Positions 12,118 through 23,806 of a stretch of 64,000 bases of DNA are shown one piece after another; within the stretch, counting starts at the first letter, position 1; each line of letters starts with the position of its first letter. The notes beneath the pieces are model-generated. The model was not told where the DNA came from, did no database searches, and saw only the letters and a list, made by a program, of their open reading frames with translations. The position numbers were made by a program, and so were the translations under genes. Where the stretch lies: positions 62,001 to 126,000 of IMG/VR virus record IMGVR_UViG_3300050014_000823; one strand, given 5' to 3'.

Positions 12118-12960
12118 TTATTTACTAAAATATTCTTTTATATCTCCGGCACAATTATAATCTTTCTCATATATCACATAATATTTTTTCTTAAGAGATT
12201 TACCAATAATTCTTCTATCTTTTCTTGCATGTTTAATATTACAATATATGAAACCAAAAAAATCAGCTACTTCTCTACAGTTATTAAAGGTATGTGCAAT
12301 TTCAAAAGTATTACTATCAAGGACTAATGTTTTGTTTGACTGTATTTTAGATATTTTATCTCGATACTCCTTAGATTTTCGTGACTTTTGAAATTTTTCG
12401 GAACTTATCATCGCCAACCGATTAATTTCAATTTGACTTGCAGACAAAGTAAATCGTTTACCAAACATACCATTATTTTCTCCCTCATTTGCCTTAGATA
12501 TTTTATCTTTTGTTTCTTGAGTAAGAAAATTACGCTTACCACCCAAATCAATGTTGGTTAGTTTGTTACTTTTATAGTATTCAATCCAAAATATTTCTCT
12601 TTCGTCAATATCTTTAATGTCAACTTCTTCAATTAATTCTATTAATATCTTATTAGCAATACCTTCCTTTATTAAACCAAGTATCCAGTTCTCTTTATGT
12701 GTTAATTGTTTATTCAATTTAACACTACGTACAGTTTCGTAAATATGACTTTTTAATCTTTTATTTAAAGTCAATATTGTTTGTCCAATGTATCTAATCT
12801 CATTAGTCATCGGACATTTTAAACAATATATATATCCTTTCATAACCATAAATACTTGTAATGTTATGATAAGTTCTTGGATATTTAAAATAAAGTGATT
12901 CGCACCGTCTCTTTCGAATACGGATTCCCGGAAAATATCTCTACTTAATAGTGTTTTCAT
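12118..12960 (-). CDS. GIY-YIG homing endonuclease (internal start ~12843) with in-frame vestigial RNA-ligase N-terminus
   Basis: GYIYCL..RYIGQT..RL..H, EREIFWI, NUMOD3 GENNGMFGK. Confidence 0.85.
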   Translation of the reverse strand: MKTLLSRDIFRESVFERDGANHFILNIQELIITLQVFMVMKGYIYCLKCPMTNEIRYIGQTILTLNKRLKSHIYETVRSVKLNKQLTHKENWILGLIKEGIANKILIELIEEVDIKDIDEREIFWIEYYKSNKLTNIDLGGKRNFLTQETKDKISKANEGENNGMFGKRFTLSASQIEINRLAMISSEKFQKSRKSKEYRDKISKIQSNKTLVLDSNTFEIAHTFNNCREVADFFGFIYCNIKHARKDRRIIGKSLKKKYYVIYEKDYNCAGDIKEYFSK

Positions 12961-12965
12961 ACGAC

Positions 12966-12995
12966 ATTATACGAATATAAATGGAAAATGTTACA
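12966..12995 (-). promoter_or_regulatory. Phage promoter motif TGTAAC-N18-TATAAT
   Basis: attatacgaatataaatggaaaatgttaca. Confidence 0.8.
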
Positions 12996-13159
12996 GTTTC
13001 AACAATATAAATGATACCAGTCCCTATTATGGACCTCTAAAAGTTCAGGGTGGTGTTCTATGAAATTGTTGATAATTGGAATTGCTTGGTCGTCATCCAT
13101 ATGAAACACTGCACAACGAATATCGTTCAGTAGTTCTTCGAATGTCTGGTCTTCGGGTT

Positions 13160-15651
13160 TCATTTGTTATATTTTTCCACAAGATTAAAAATCTTCTTAG
13201 GTATGCTGAGATTTATCTGAGGATTTCTACTTTGAATCTCAAGCAATTTATTTATCATTGACTTTGATAGCCAACTATAATGTATCTGATTTTGAATGCC
13301 ATTAAGATATGCATGGTCCGAATCTGATAATTTTTCTGGGAAAATTCCTGCGTCATTATCGACAATAGCCTTTTTACAACTACCAAGAATTCCATAGATA
13401 AAATTACTATCTCTGGAAGTACTTACCCGATGAAATGCGTAGATTTTACAAGCACTTTTGTCTTTGAGTCCTTTGTTATTCCTTCCGGTAAGTTCAATAC
13501 GACAGATTTCTGGATTTTCAATCCAATTAAAAATCTCGTCTTTCTTTATAAGATGTTCTATGCGTATCATGAATGATTATACGTAAAGCCGGGAAAAATG
13601 TTACAATTATTCCTCTTTTTTTTCGTGATTTTTTTGATTTTTAATGACCATTATGACGGTCCATGTGAAAAGAAAAGCGAAGATTCCGCAACATATATAA
13701 CCCCAAACTACTTCATTGGGTGCGACAGTGGTTTTGTGTACTCCGTAGACATACACTAACAGGTAGAGAGTATAGATTATCCCTTTCACAATCTTCATCC
13801 ATATTAAGGTTATATATAGAAGTTATTTACATTCCTGGTCTGTTCTGTCTTTAAATACTCATAAATAATTAATCGGCAAGCAATTCCTCAATTGTTTTAC
13901 CACAAATAATGCATTTTCCTCCATCACTTTCAAATTTATGTACGTGATGTGTTGGGTCTTCAACTTTCTCAACAGGAATTTCTATCTTACTATAGTCTTT
14001 ATTTTCGCCCATGCTTAAGTAGTTCAACGTATTTAAATTTCAGCACAATCAAGTCCAGACCTGTAGTTAAACCATCAAATGCAGTTTGTAGTGTATTGTG
14101 ATTTACAGGCGTACAAATTTCTACGTATGCATCAAACTCTCGTTGTTTTTGCTCAACAATTTTCCGCAGTTCTTCTACCTTCATCTTGTAGATATTATCT
14201 GCCCAAGTCTCAATTGAGACTTGTTCGTAGATTGGAGATAGGTCTTCTGTCATGGCTATTTATGTAAAATGTTGACGTTAACAGTATCGTTTAACGGTTT
14301 CACAGTACCCCAAGGACTACTAATCCACACATAGGTACTATCATTAATCGGACGAACTCTGATTGTATCTTTCATTGCATCTGCTTGACCCTGTACGTAA
14401 CCTGCTTCCATAATCATTTTCATTTCCAATAAATGATATTGGACATTGGCAGCTTCTTGTTTCTTCGCAACTTTACTTACATAAACAAGCAGTCCCATAC
14501 AGATTAGAAATCCAATGAACATAAGAATCAACCTGTTTCTTTCGCCCTTTGCAAGTTTTTCCATTACTTTGTAAGTTTCTTAACACCAGTTAATTGTGCA
14601 ACCTTAAGTCCTTCGAACTTAAAATTATACTCAAAAAGTGTTGGATGATTTTTCTGTGCCAGAGCAAGTTCACTCTCGTGATAGCGCACACCTTTGAAAA
14701 TAGGTGAGTTACCAAGGTTGGTACGAACTTCTTTGTCTTCGACAGGTGAGTAAACCTTTACGGGTTCTAATGTAGCTTTGTCCATGTTGCGTATATAAAT
14801 TTAGTTAGCAAACTTACTGTTATTTTATCGGATAATCAAGACTTATTCAAAAAATTGTGGGGAAAAAGTATATGGTCCAAGAAACCCCACGATGTCTGGT
14901 TGCATTTCCCAATCGTAACCGCCACTATAATAATCGTATGAACCCAAGTAACGAAGTTCAACTATCATAATATTAGTTGTCGGGAATACAAACTTTGACA
15001 AGTTTTCTTCTGGTTCGGGTTTAAATGGAGTCTTAGCAAGCAATGCCTTGAAATTAATATCTTTAAACAACTCAACTATGCCCGATTCGCCAAACTCATA
15101 ATCCAACTGATGGTCAACAGGATATATATTAATGAAAATAATCTTCTGTGGTTCACGTACTTCTTCTTGACCTACAAATTGCAAGTATTGTCCTGCATCG
15201 CATAGGTGTCCGTCACCCCGGAGACTATACTCAGGAAGATGGTCAAATACTTCCTTGTGGTTATTATGAACTTTCCATAGTTCAGCAATGAAATTTTCTG
15301 AAATTTCATGCAGCTCTACCGACATTAAACATCTGATTGTTTTTGACATTATCTTGTATATGTTACGAAATAGTAGTGAAATTCTCCATTAACATCGAAT
15401 TGCTTCTCAACCGATTTTTTGACAATAAGTTCATCTGACTCATGCATTCTCAAAGCATCAATGGAAAGCGGTTCGTTCAGTCCCAACAATCCGTTACCTG
15501 AACGTTCCAATATTTTACCAATGATTACACATTCACCATTACGTGTATTGAACAGGCATGAAATATCTTCATCGCCACCTAAGTCCCATTTTTCCTGCTT
15601 ATCTAACTGCACCAATATGTCGTAGATAAAATATTGATTTGTACGTGCCAT
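13160..15651 (-). other. Run of small hypothetical ORFs
   Basis: Packed ORFs 13160-13570, 13607-13798, 13999-14253, 14256-14564, 14564-14785, 14843-15349, 15349-15651. Confidence 0.6.
13576..13605 (-). promoter_or_regulatory. Phage promoter motif TGTAAC-N18-TATAAT
   Basis: attatacgtaaagccgggaaaaatgttaca. Confidence 0.8.
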
Positions 15652-15652
15652 A

Positions 15653-16567
15653 TTATTTAGGTTTTTGCATTATCATACTATAATTATTACCAACAAGTGT
15701 CCCATCAACTGCTCTGAATCCAAGTCTGCTTATGTATTCAAGAAGTTCCATATCAATGTCTACCTCTGTAAGTTGATTGAAGAAGTGAGTATAACCTCTG
15801 CCCTTATTATCCTTTACTCCCCAATATGCTTCATTTTGATTCTGTTTGGTCATGAGGAAACATGAGAATAAGAAGTGACCGCCAGGTTTTAATGCTGAAT
15901 AACCTTGCTTAAAATAATCGAATCGGTCCTTCTGGGAACAATGCTGTAGAACATTTACTGCATAGATTATGTCAAAGTAATTTTCATCCAACAGATAGTC
16001 CGGAATACCACTTTTGTCTATCTCAATAAAGTTTTTATATTTTTTTAATGCCTTTGGTACAGTATAGTCGATACCAATATACTCACATTTGTCATTAATT
16101 TTTTCGAACACATTTCCGTAACCAAAACCGATTTCCAATACTTTTAAAGGTTTAGTGCTTTTCTCAATTCGTTCAAGAAGAAATGGATAGAGTTTCATCA
16201 TTTCACTCATTTGTAGTGTCTGTTCATTGACCTTCTTAATGCTTTTGCTTTCAGCACCACAAATACTAACTAAAGGAAAACTCTGCTTTGCTCTTATCCA
16301 AAATTCCTTATTGTCGATTCTGTTTGGATGAAACCTGTCAACAGCTACGTCCTTCACATATACAACACCTGCATGATTTCCCAAGTCAACCACCCTATCG
16401 TACAATTCTTCCACCATTAGGGTATTAATCATACGAGTGTAACCCTTCGGTACTCCCGGAACTTTCAAATGCACATAGTATTCATTACTTCGAAATTTAA
16501 TGTCATCGAAGAAGTCAAATGAATCTTGAAATGTCATGAACCTATATGCAGCTTTTTCCCTTTTCAT
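15653..16567 (-). CDS. Class I SAM-dependent methyltransferase
   Basis: VLEIGFGYG, YIGID, FDIIYA..VLQH, LKPGG. Confidence 0.85.
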   Translation of the reverse strand: MKREKAAYRFMTFQDSFDFFDDIKFRSNEYYVHLKVPGVPKGYTRMINTLMVEELYDRVVDLGNHAGVVYVKDVAVDRFHPNRIDNKEFWIRAKQSFPLVSICGAESKSIKKVNEQTLQMSEMMKLYPFLLERIEKSTKPLKVLEIGFGYGNVFEKINDKCEYIGIDYTVPKALKKYKNFIEIDKSGIPDYLLDENYFDIIYAVNVLQHCSQKDRFDYFKQGYSALKPGGHFLFSCFLMTKQNQNEAYWGVKDNKGRGYTHFFNQLTEVDIDMELLEYISRLGFRAVDGTLVGNNYSMIMQKPK

Positions 16568-16568
16568 G

Positions 16569-17000
16569 TTAGTATATTGTGATGTATGCTAAGTACATTA
16601 AAACCAAGTGTAATGTGTTATCTGTTGCGGTATAAACCAATGAGGTAAAGCCACCTTCGAGTATGTCATAACGATTAAGGTCGGGTTTTGCCCATGTTTT
16701 CTCAGTAGATTTTCCACTGTCTTTCAGTACATAATCTCTCATACCTTTTCCTTTAATGTAGTGCATGTACTTCTCAGCAAGTGCAAACTTATCAATTGGA
16801 AAGTGTGTTAGATATACTATCAGCATCCAATTAAGGTCGAAGTTCCACATGAATGTGCACACTGCAAGGGTATAAAGCAAACAGTGAATTGTTGCTGATA
16901 ACCACCCAACAAGAGTAGATTTGCTTTTATTTAACGCTAAATATTCGTTTTGAAGAAGATAATCTCCAACCAAATGACCCAATAACATTTGAAACCACAT
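16569..17000 (-). CDS. DUF3307-like membrane protein
   Basis: GHLVGDYLLQ, IHCLLY, THFPID, DNTLH. Confidence 0.75.
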   Translation of the reverse strand: MWFQMLLGHLVGDYLLQNEYLALNKSKSTLVGWLSATIHCLLYTLAVCTFMWNFDLNWMLIVYLTHFPIDKFALAEKYMHYIKGKGMRDYVLKDSGKSTEKTWAKPDLNRYDILEGGFTSLVYTATDNTLHLVLMYLAYITIY

Positions 17001-17005
17001 AATTT

Positions 17006-17737
17006 TTATTTTTTAATAAATTTTGTCCACCCATAATAAGATTTTACACCATTACGATGTAGCTTACTCATTCCTTTCATTCTTAAATCATGTTCAACAC
17101 AAAAATTTGTAAGATTTGTTATGTTTTCATGTACAATTCCTTCTGGACTGATAAAAGAATATGTGTGAGAATAATCTTTCACCCATCCCTTATAATAATA
17201 GATTTCTCCCTTTAATAATAATCCTATTGCACCATTTTCTAATCCATTATCTCTGCAAAATTTTCTGATATTTCTAAAGTCAACAGTTTTATTTTCTGGT
17301 GATATTAGTGTATATGTTTTATTTGCTTTCTCACCCCATGTTTTAGACATCTGTTCCCTAACCGTAGCAGGTATTGTCTTACCCAAATGACTATTTGACA
17401 TTTGTTTTATTGATGCAACACTAAACTGACGACCACTACAATTACCCGCAGTCCAACATATATTATAGTTTAAGTTTGCAGGATAATTCTTTTTTCTGTC
17501 ATCAAGGTATTTCTGTTCTTTAGTCAATATAAATTTATTATCCACATTTTCCAAAACAATAAACTCAAAATTATTTATTCCATGCTTATTATATGCCCTT
17601 TGAAGATGTATATTATGATGATTATTTGCTTTCAAATCTTTCTTATGTCTAATCCAACGAGAGTTACCATTACCAATTGCACTACCAATGTATGTGGCAT
17701 CATTAATTTTATTTACTATAGAATAAACAACTCCCAT
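17006..17737 (-). CDS. GIY-YIG homing endonuclease
   Basis: GVVYSI..YIGSA..RW..H, C-terminal ISPEG..FC repeats. Confidence 0.85.
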   Translation of the reverse strand: MGVVYSIVNKINDATYIGSAIGNGNSRWIRHKKDLKANNHHNIHLQRAYNKHGINNFEFIVLENVDNKFILTKEQKYLDDRKKNYPANLNYNICWTAGNCSGRQFSVASIKQMSNSHLGKTIPATVREQMSKTWGEKANKTYTLISPENKTVDFRNIRKFCRDNGLENGAIGLLLKGEIYYYKGWVKDYSHTYSFISPEGIVHENITNLTNFCVEHDLRMKGMSKLHRNGVKSYYGWTKFIKK

Positions 17738-19222
17738 TTAAATCATTTTGCTATAAATACTCACCAATATACTATTCATCGTTATTATCGGGTTGACTTG
17801 TTAAATGCCAGAAACCACATATGTGACATCTGTAACTTCTTTGTGGGCGCATGTCTTTCTTGCCCATCCTTCTGTTAATCCTCTTGCCATTAACGTACTT
17901 GTGGTGGTTCTTGGCATAGTTGATAACTGCTTGCGCATCTTTAAACGACCTATACTGGATTTTTTCACACTTTGGTCGCTTAACGATTGCCACGGGAACT
18001 TCAACATTGCGTTGAATAATTTCCACGTTTGTGTCGGGAGTCATAGTTTCGGGTAACATAACTAAAGGTCTTTAGCAATATGTCTGATTTCAAACTGTTC
18101 AAATTGTGGTGAACCGCCAACACCAACCGCAAAGCCATCGAAAGGTTTCAACCACTTAATGAAGTCTTCTTCTGAACCTTCAACAACAGCATTGTCGCCT
18201 TCCATCATATGTCCTTCGGAATCATTATCGGCAGGAAACACAACACTAATTTCACCAAAGTTAGCTAATACCTTAATTGTCTTAGGCATTGCCATTTTTA
18301 ATTCTGGGGTTAAGAGTATATTATTTGTCATATTACGTGGAGTTCTTTAACAATTATTACTGTAAGCATCATTATTGACACAACACCATCAGCAAATAAG
18401 TATCTACTGATTTGTTTAGTGAACACACTTCTTTCCATAACATCATCCATTATTTGAAACGCTGTAATGACAGATACTATAAGCACAGCTAATCCTATGT
18501 ACCAATATCCGACAAACATCAGTGCCACTAAGAATAACATATAGGCAATTTCAACAATCACCATCCAAAAATTCTTATCACGCTTTGTTGCTGCAATCCA
18601 ATAGGTTGGAAGCATGAACAATTTCAATAATTCGTATGCTATAAAGCAAAATGTTAAATAAGTAATTAGTTTCATGATTATTATTTTTTACCAAATTTCC
18701 GAGTAATCCAAGCAATTGCCGTATTGAGCCATTTTACTACAACGTTGGGTTTTTTCTCAATTTTCTTTTCTGGTTGCATTGCATTCCAAATATTATCAAG
18801 TTGTTCCAATGTGAACACGCCCCAAGGTAATGCTTTCCTTGATAATACATCAAGAGTAACCAATGTATTAGGTTCGAGTTTGTAGTCCAAATAATAGGTG
18901 TATATTACTGCATTTCTGGGATTTTCCATATATAGCAGTAACATTATAAGTGCACCAAGCGATATTTTAAGGGTCGTGCAAACCTCAACTCGTTTGAGAA
19001 ATACTCGTGATACAAATGAATCGATAATCGGTTCGAAATGCAGGTATAAATCAGAATTCTTATCCAACTTATTGATGTCGATATTGAGATTATCATCTTT
19101 GCTCATAAGAAATGACATAAGAATTTTTGCATCTTCTTCTGTCAATTCCATGCAAGGTTGATTTACCTTAAATGCTTCTATAACTTTATCATCGTAGTTG
19201 TTCATAGTAGTATGTTTTCGTG

Positions 19223-19252
19223 ATTATACGTAAACCAAAGAAAAATGTTACA
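19223..19252 (-). promoter_or_regulatory. Phage promoter motif TGTAAC-N18-TATAAT
   Basis: attatacgtaaaccaaagaaaaatgttaca. Confidence 0.8.
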
Positions 19253-19470
19253 GATTACAGTCTCTTTTTTTCTTAAAAAATGGTTTAAGGTCTTCTTTGG
19301 TAATTTTACCTTGCTCAAGCATAGCTGTAACAAATTGTCTTGATGATACAATATAATTGTTCCTTGCTTGAATTACCTTCTGATATTCTGTACAGAAATT
19401 TTCCAAACGATTGATTTCCTTCTGATGACTTGAATTAGCTTTATCGAAAGGTGTTTTTAATAGCTTACGC

Positions 19471-20193
19471 TTACTGTTTAGGTATGTCATTCTGTTTGAT
19501 TTTAAGGTGTTTATAGTTCCGATAGTAATCCCAATATGCTTTCAACCTTACCTTAATGGTAGGTTCATCTTCGAGTTTATATCTATAATCTATGAAAGGA
19601 AGTATTGTAAAAAAGTACGGTAGATTTGTTCTAACCATTTCACGAGCAATCCTGTCAGCAGCTTCTTCACTCTCATCATTATTAAGTGTTATGGCATAGT
19701 GATGACCAATCTCATGAAAGTATGTTGAGTAGAAGGCAAGTAAACCGAACTTCTGTGCTTCTTCATGACAGAGCAAAATCTTTGGTAGAACAAAGCTATC
19801 TTCCTGTACATTTGTTTCTTCACCTGCAAATTTACAGATATCTCTATATGACTTCCTGTACTTTTTCTCTAACTCTCGGATTTTTCTTAAAGTATTGTCA
19901 CAATTCTTCTGATGTTCCGGGTCACGAGTGTAAACATACATGCCAAGTGCTTCCTTCTTTTCCTCTGTGCCTCCCCTGCCTTTATTAAGTTCTTCGTATG
20001 TCTTATAAAATACAGGAAGATTCTGCTCAGTTGTAATTCTGAGCAGAACATCATCTATCATCTTAATAAGTGCGGGGTGCTGTTCTAATTTAAATCGTAA
20101 AAAGCGTACCTGTAGACCAAGCCATGTGACTTGTAGTAATGCAAATCCCATTGCGCAGAGAAATACTCCGACAAATATGAATAATCCAACCAT
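19471..20193 (-). CDS. Membrane-anchored zincin-like metallopeptidase
   Basis: N-terminal TM; FHEIGHH...EEAAD. Confidence 0.55.
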   Translation of the reverse strand: MVGLFIFVGVFLCAMGFALLQVTWLGLQVRFLRFKLEQHPALIKMIDDVLLRITTEQNLPVFYKTYEELNKGRGGTEEKKEALGMYVYTRDPEHQKNCDNTLRKIRELEKKYRKSYRDICKFAGEETNVQEDSFVLPKILLCHEEAQKFGLLAFYSTYFHEIGHHYAITLNNDESEEAADRIAREMVRTNLPYFFTILPFIDYRYKLEDEPTIKVRLKAYWDYYRNYKHLKIKQNDIPKQ

Positions 20194-20745
20194 TACAGTA
20201 AGCCATTAGCAACATAATGTTCAACAGTAGCATCAAGCGAAGCAATACGAATTACATCAGTATCAACGCCAAAATGATATCGAAGTGGAATGCCTTTATC
20301 AATGCCAAAATTTGCGACCATTTCATCAACGATAAAAATAGCAATACCCCTTTTTCCATAATTGAGCATGTCGTTGATAAGTTCATAATTATCAACAACA
20401 CTGTAACTGTCAACATTAACCCTAATGAGTTTTTCGGGTTTGCCGATTTCAATCACAGGTGCTTTTTTCTGAAACAATCCCGTACTACCGTTTAGCGGTA
20501 GCATAGCATCATACTTGGGATTAATAACATCCTTGTCAACGTCATATGTGAATGTTGGACTGAATACGAAACGCACCTTGTTGATTGGTACATTATTATC
20601 GTGCAATATTCTCCTGTTAAGTTTAACTAAACTCTTCTGATGGTCGGTCAACACATCAGCACCAAAGGTATGTTTCTGATAAACAGTTTTACCTTCGAAA
20701 ACATTAGCTACTTTTCCAAAAATGTATTGCAAGAAGTTCATTGTC

Positions 20746-21297
20746 TTACTGTATTAAATCGTTAAACCATTCGTAGTTGTCTTGTGACTTATCTCCCGTT
20801 AAATTATCACATCGATAGAACTTCAAATAAAGTTCCAAACTGTCAAGTGCATTTAAATCACTTATAAGTTTTTCTGCACGTCTTTTTGCTTTGTACCAAT
20901 CTTCATGTCTTCCACCTGCGGACCAAGCATTGTATGCATCATCATGCAATAAAATAACTTGAAGTACGTTTGTGTCATGGCAAAATTTTTCTGCAAATTT
21001 TTTGGCTATAAAACCATGATGGTTGTCACCTTGTTTCGGGAGATTCTGATTGACTTTGTTCTTGAACGTGTCGTGTGTTATAGCAATCAGTCTGAGGCTC
21101 GTCCTGTCTTCATCGTCTTTAAAAAACTTGTCGATGTTACCGAGGACTTCCTCGATATGATAAATGACTGCTCCTTCGGGGTGTCCTGGTCTGCTCTTTC
21201 CGTAATTTGCTCCAACAATAAATTCTTCGTCTTCACAAATAGCCAGTTCTACTCCACTCTCAGGTTTTATTATTTCTTTAATTTCTTGTTTATTCAT
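20746..21297 (-). CDS. HD-domain phosphohydrolase
   Basis: HPEG..YH, ITHDTFK, HH, LHDD, D. Confidence 0.8.
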   Translation of the reverse strand: MNKQEIKEIIKPESGVELAICEDEEFIVGANYGKSRPGHPEGAVIYHIEEVLGNIDKFFKDDEDRTSLRLIAITHDTFKNKVNQNLPKQGDNHHGFIAKKFAEKFCHDTNVLQVILLHDDAYNAWSAGGRHEDWYKAKRRAEKLISDLNALDSLELYLKFYRCDNLTGDKSQDNYEWFNDLIQ

Positions 21298-22076
21298 TTT
21301 ATTATTTTTATTAATAATTCTCGTGTAAGGTAAAATCTATTAGCCAATACAATGTTTAAATCAGGATGGTCTTTTTTAAAGCATTCAAATTTCTCCATTG
21401 ACCTTTTATATGTGAAGCCTTTAACTTCAAAAATACAGTCATCAGTAAAAAAATCGGGAGTATATGTACTGCCATCGCTTAGTTTATATGTTGTTTTTTC
21501 ATAATCCCAATCAACATGGCATTTATCCAAGTATTGAGCAAATTTTTCTTCCCATTTTGACCTAAAAATAAACATTCTTCCTTTAACATCAATAAAAGTA
21601 ATTGGTTTAACTTTAGGTGGAAGTTTTCCATACTGACCATTTTTATCACCAGATACTTTTTCTCTGATTGTTTGCTTGGATGCTTCCGTGTGATGCCAAT
21701 CATGTGGTGGTATTCTGTTTTTATTGTATTCACTAACTCCCGGTTTTTTAATTCCTAAATTACCAATTCTTATTTTATTTTTTGTTTCATCACTAACAAT
21801 TCGTCCTTCACGAGATTTACAATTCTTTTCACGATATTCTTCATCTTGCCAACGTAATACAACTGCTTTACCAATTTTATCCTTATGTTCTTGGGATAAT
21901 TTTTTATTTTTGGTTTTTAAAGTCATAGATTCGGACCTGCGTTTTCTTTCACTATCCGATATGCATTGTTTTTTACCTGTTAAATAAATATTTCTACATT
22001 CAATCGAACAACAGTATTTTCCTTGACCGAAATAAGATTCATTACAAACATTACATATTCTATGACTTTTTCCCAT
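21294..22076 (-). CDS. NUMOD3 plus PD-(D/E)XK putative homing endonuclease
   Basis: NUMOD3 repeats; RSKWE..YE..YTPDF..EVKG. Confidence 0.75.
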   Translation of the reverse strand: MGKSHRICNVCNESYFGQGKYCCSIECRNIYLTGKKQCISDSERKRRSESMTLKTKNKKLSQEHKDKIGKAVVLRWQDEEYREKNCKSREGRIVSDETKNKIRIGNLGIKKPGVSEYNKNRIPPHDWHHTEASKQTIREKVSGDKNGQYGKLPPKVKPITFIDVKGRMFIFRSKWEEKFAQYLDKCHVDWDYEKTTYKLSDGSTYTPDFFTDDCIFEVKGFTYKRSMEKFECFKKDHPDLNIVLANRFYLTRELLIKIIK

Positions 22077-22078
22077 AA

Positions 22079-22468
22079 CTATAGTGATATTTCAAATCTA
22101 CTTATCATTTTCAGTATTGTTTCATCGGGAACAGAATGTATATTTTTTGTTGACATTCGATTCTCAACTATAATACTAAATACTTTGTAGTTGAAATTTT
22201 GTGCTAATTTCATATATGGTTGCAATTCTCTTTCGGTTGTCAAAGTGTTTGCAACAATAATGCGTGATGCTTGCTTCTTCATGAATCTCCTGCACTTACG
22301 CTGGCACCATGAGTGAGCTGCACCAATCTTAGCGGAATTCCACAAATACATACCGTCACGCACAAAATAATCATCAGCACAACACACCGCTTTAATGCTA
22401 AGTGCCTCTGCCAATGACGATTTTCCACTGCCTGGAACGCCACGAATCAAAAATAATATCTTTTCCAT
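22079..22468 (-). CDS. Polynucleotide kinase-like P-loop protein (AAA_33)
   Basis: IRGVPGSGKS, ADDYF, AHSWC, HSVP. Confidence 0.85.
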   Translation of the reverse strand: MEKILFLIRGVPGSGKSSLAEALSIKAVCCADDYFVRDGMYLWNSAKIGAAHSWCQRKCRRFMKKQASRIIVANTLTTERELQPYMKLAQNFNYKVFSIIVENRMSTKNIHSVPDETILKMISRFEISL

Positions 22469-22474
22469 TGTGCA

Positions 22475-22504
22475 ATTATACGTAAAATAATTTAAAAGGT
22501 TATA
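22475..22504 (-). promoter_or_regulatory. Phage promoter motif (variant TATAAC-N18-TATAAT)
   Basis: attatacgtaaaataatttaaaaggttata. Confidence 0.7.
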
Positions 22505-22744
22505 ATTTATCTCAAAATAAATCTGTCATTGAGTGTTTTTTCCAATGACTCATAAATTTCTGAGTGTTTCTCCCAAAAAATTACAGCCATAAGTAGTTCT
22601 TCCCGAAGTCTACTGGCTTCGGCATCCCAATCTGGTGGTTCTTGCCAATATCCTACAAAGTGAATGACTGTTGTATTATCACTTCCAATATCATCGGGAT
22701 TCTCTGGGTCAACGACCATTATACCATGTGTGAATTTTTCCATT

Positions 22745-23221
22745 TTACTTTAATATTTCACGTACTTCCATTAATGCTTTACCTAAGAGGTTCATACCTC
22801 TCCACTGACTTTCATCGAGAACCCTATCGTCTTCCCAATGTAAACCAATTCCCCATATTATATCATAGGGACTTGCCTCAACAATTATCTTATCTTCTGT
22901 TGATTTAAGTAAGGATTTTAAGTCTTTATTTTGGTCGAACTTGGCATAATTAACATCGACCATAGCATCATATCCTGCAGTCAGCCACTCTTTTTGGTCA
23001 AAGTTTTTAACTTTACGACCTAATTTCTTTACAACACTTGGGGTAGGGCAGGCAAGTATCATACTTGCAGATTGACTGTCGTTGAAATACATTGCTTTTT
23101 CCCACATGAATGCCTGTTCACTGTTCTGAAAAATATGCTCTTTGTATTTGAATGTGCATAAGTGCCAATTGGAGAATTCTGAACCCCAAAAGAATACATG
23201 TGTGTCAGTTATTCTTTCCAT
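22745..23221 (-). CDS. NADAR (YbiA-like) family protein
   Basis: FSNW, SEQAFMWEKA, KKLGR, KFDQN, VEASPYDIIWGIG, GMNLLGKALM. Confidence 0.93.
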   Translation of the reverse strand: MERITDTHVFFWGSEFSNWHLCTFKYKEHIFQNSEQAFMWEKAMYFNDSQSASMILACPTPSVVKKLGRKVKNFDQKEWLTAGYDAMVDVNYAKFDQNKDLKSLLKSTEDKIIVEASPYDIIWGIGLHWEDDRVLDESQWRGMNLLGKALMEVREILK

Positions 23222-23223
23222 GA

Positions 23224-23688
23224 TTAAAATTTTAGTTTAACTCCAATGCCATTTTCATTCATACTTAATCCTGCTTTTCCCATGTTACCAATTCCAGACA
23301 ATTCAAATCCAAATCCAATTAGAGATAATATGCCAGCACCAATATAATAGTTCTTTCTACTACTTGTGAGGTCATTTATTTCTTGAACACTTCTTGCATC
23401 TGTTATTCTTTTTCCATAAGAATCCGAAATTACTAAAGCAAACGCCCCTGAAAATATTTGAAGTCCAACGCCCGTAAAAATTTGATTTTTTGCTTTTATC
23501 AAATAATCCCCCGGTAAAATAGCATTATCGTTTATTGTTGATTTTTGCTTTTCATTAAGATTAGAATTATAAATGTTAATGGGTGGTGTTGTATATGGTT
23601 TAACCGCCTCATACAAATTTATTTGCTGTCCAAAAGAATTTAATGTTAATAGAAACATTGTTGACATTAAAAATAATAATTTTTTCAT
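23224..23688 (-). CDS. Secreted or membrane hypothetical protein
   Basis: Signal peptide MKKLLFLM..SFGQ plus two TM segments. Confidence 0.6.
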   Translation of the reverse strand: MKKLLFLMSTMFLLTLNSFGQQINLYEAVKPYTTPPINIYNSNLNEKQKSTINDNAILPGDYLIKAKNQIFTGVGLQIFSGAFALVISDSYGKRITDARSVQEINDLTSSRKNYYIGAGILSLIGFGFELSGIGNMGKAGLSMNENGIGVKLKF

Positions 23689-23721
23689 AATTTTTAAAAT
23701 TTTAATTAATGTACTTTTTTG

Positions 23722-23751
23722 ATTATACGTAAATAATTTAATAATGTTACA
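23722..23751 (-). promoter_or_regulatory. Phage promoter motif TGTAAC-N18-TATAAT
   Basis: attatacgtaaataatttaataatgttaca. Confidence 0.8.
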
Positions 23752-23806
23752 ATTATAGTACATTTTTTCATAAAATCAAAGTATTTATTGTAAATACGTT
23801 GTCAAT

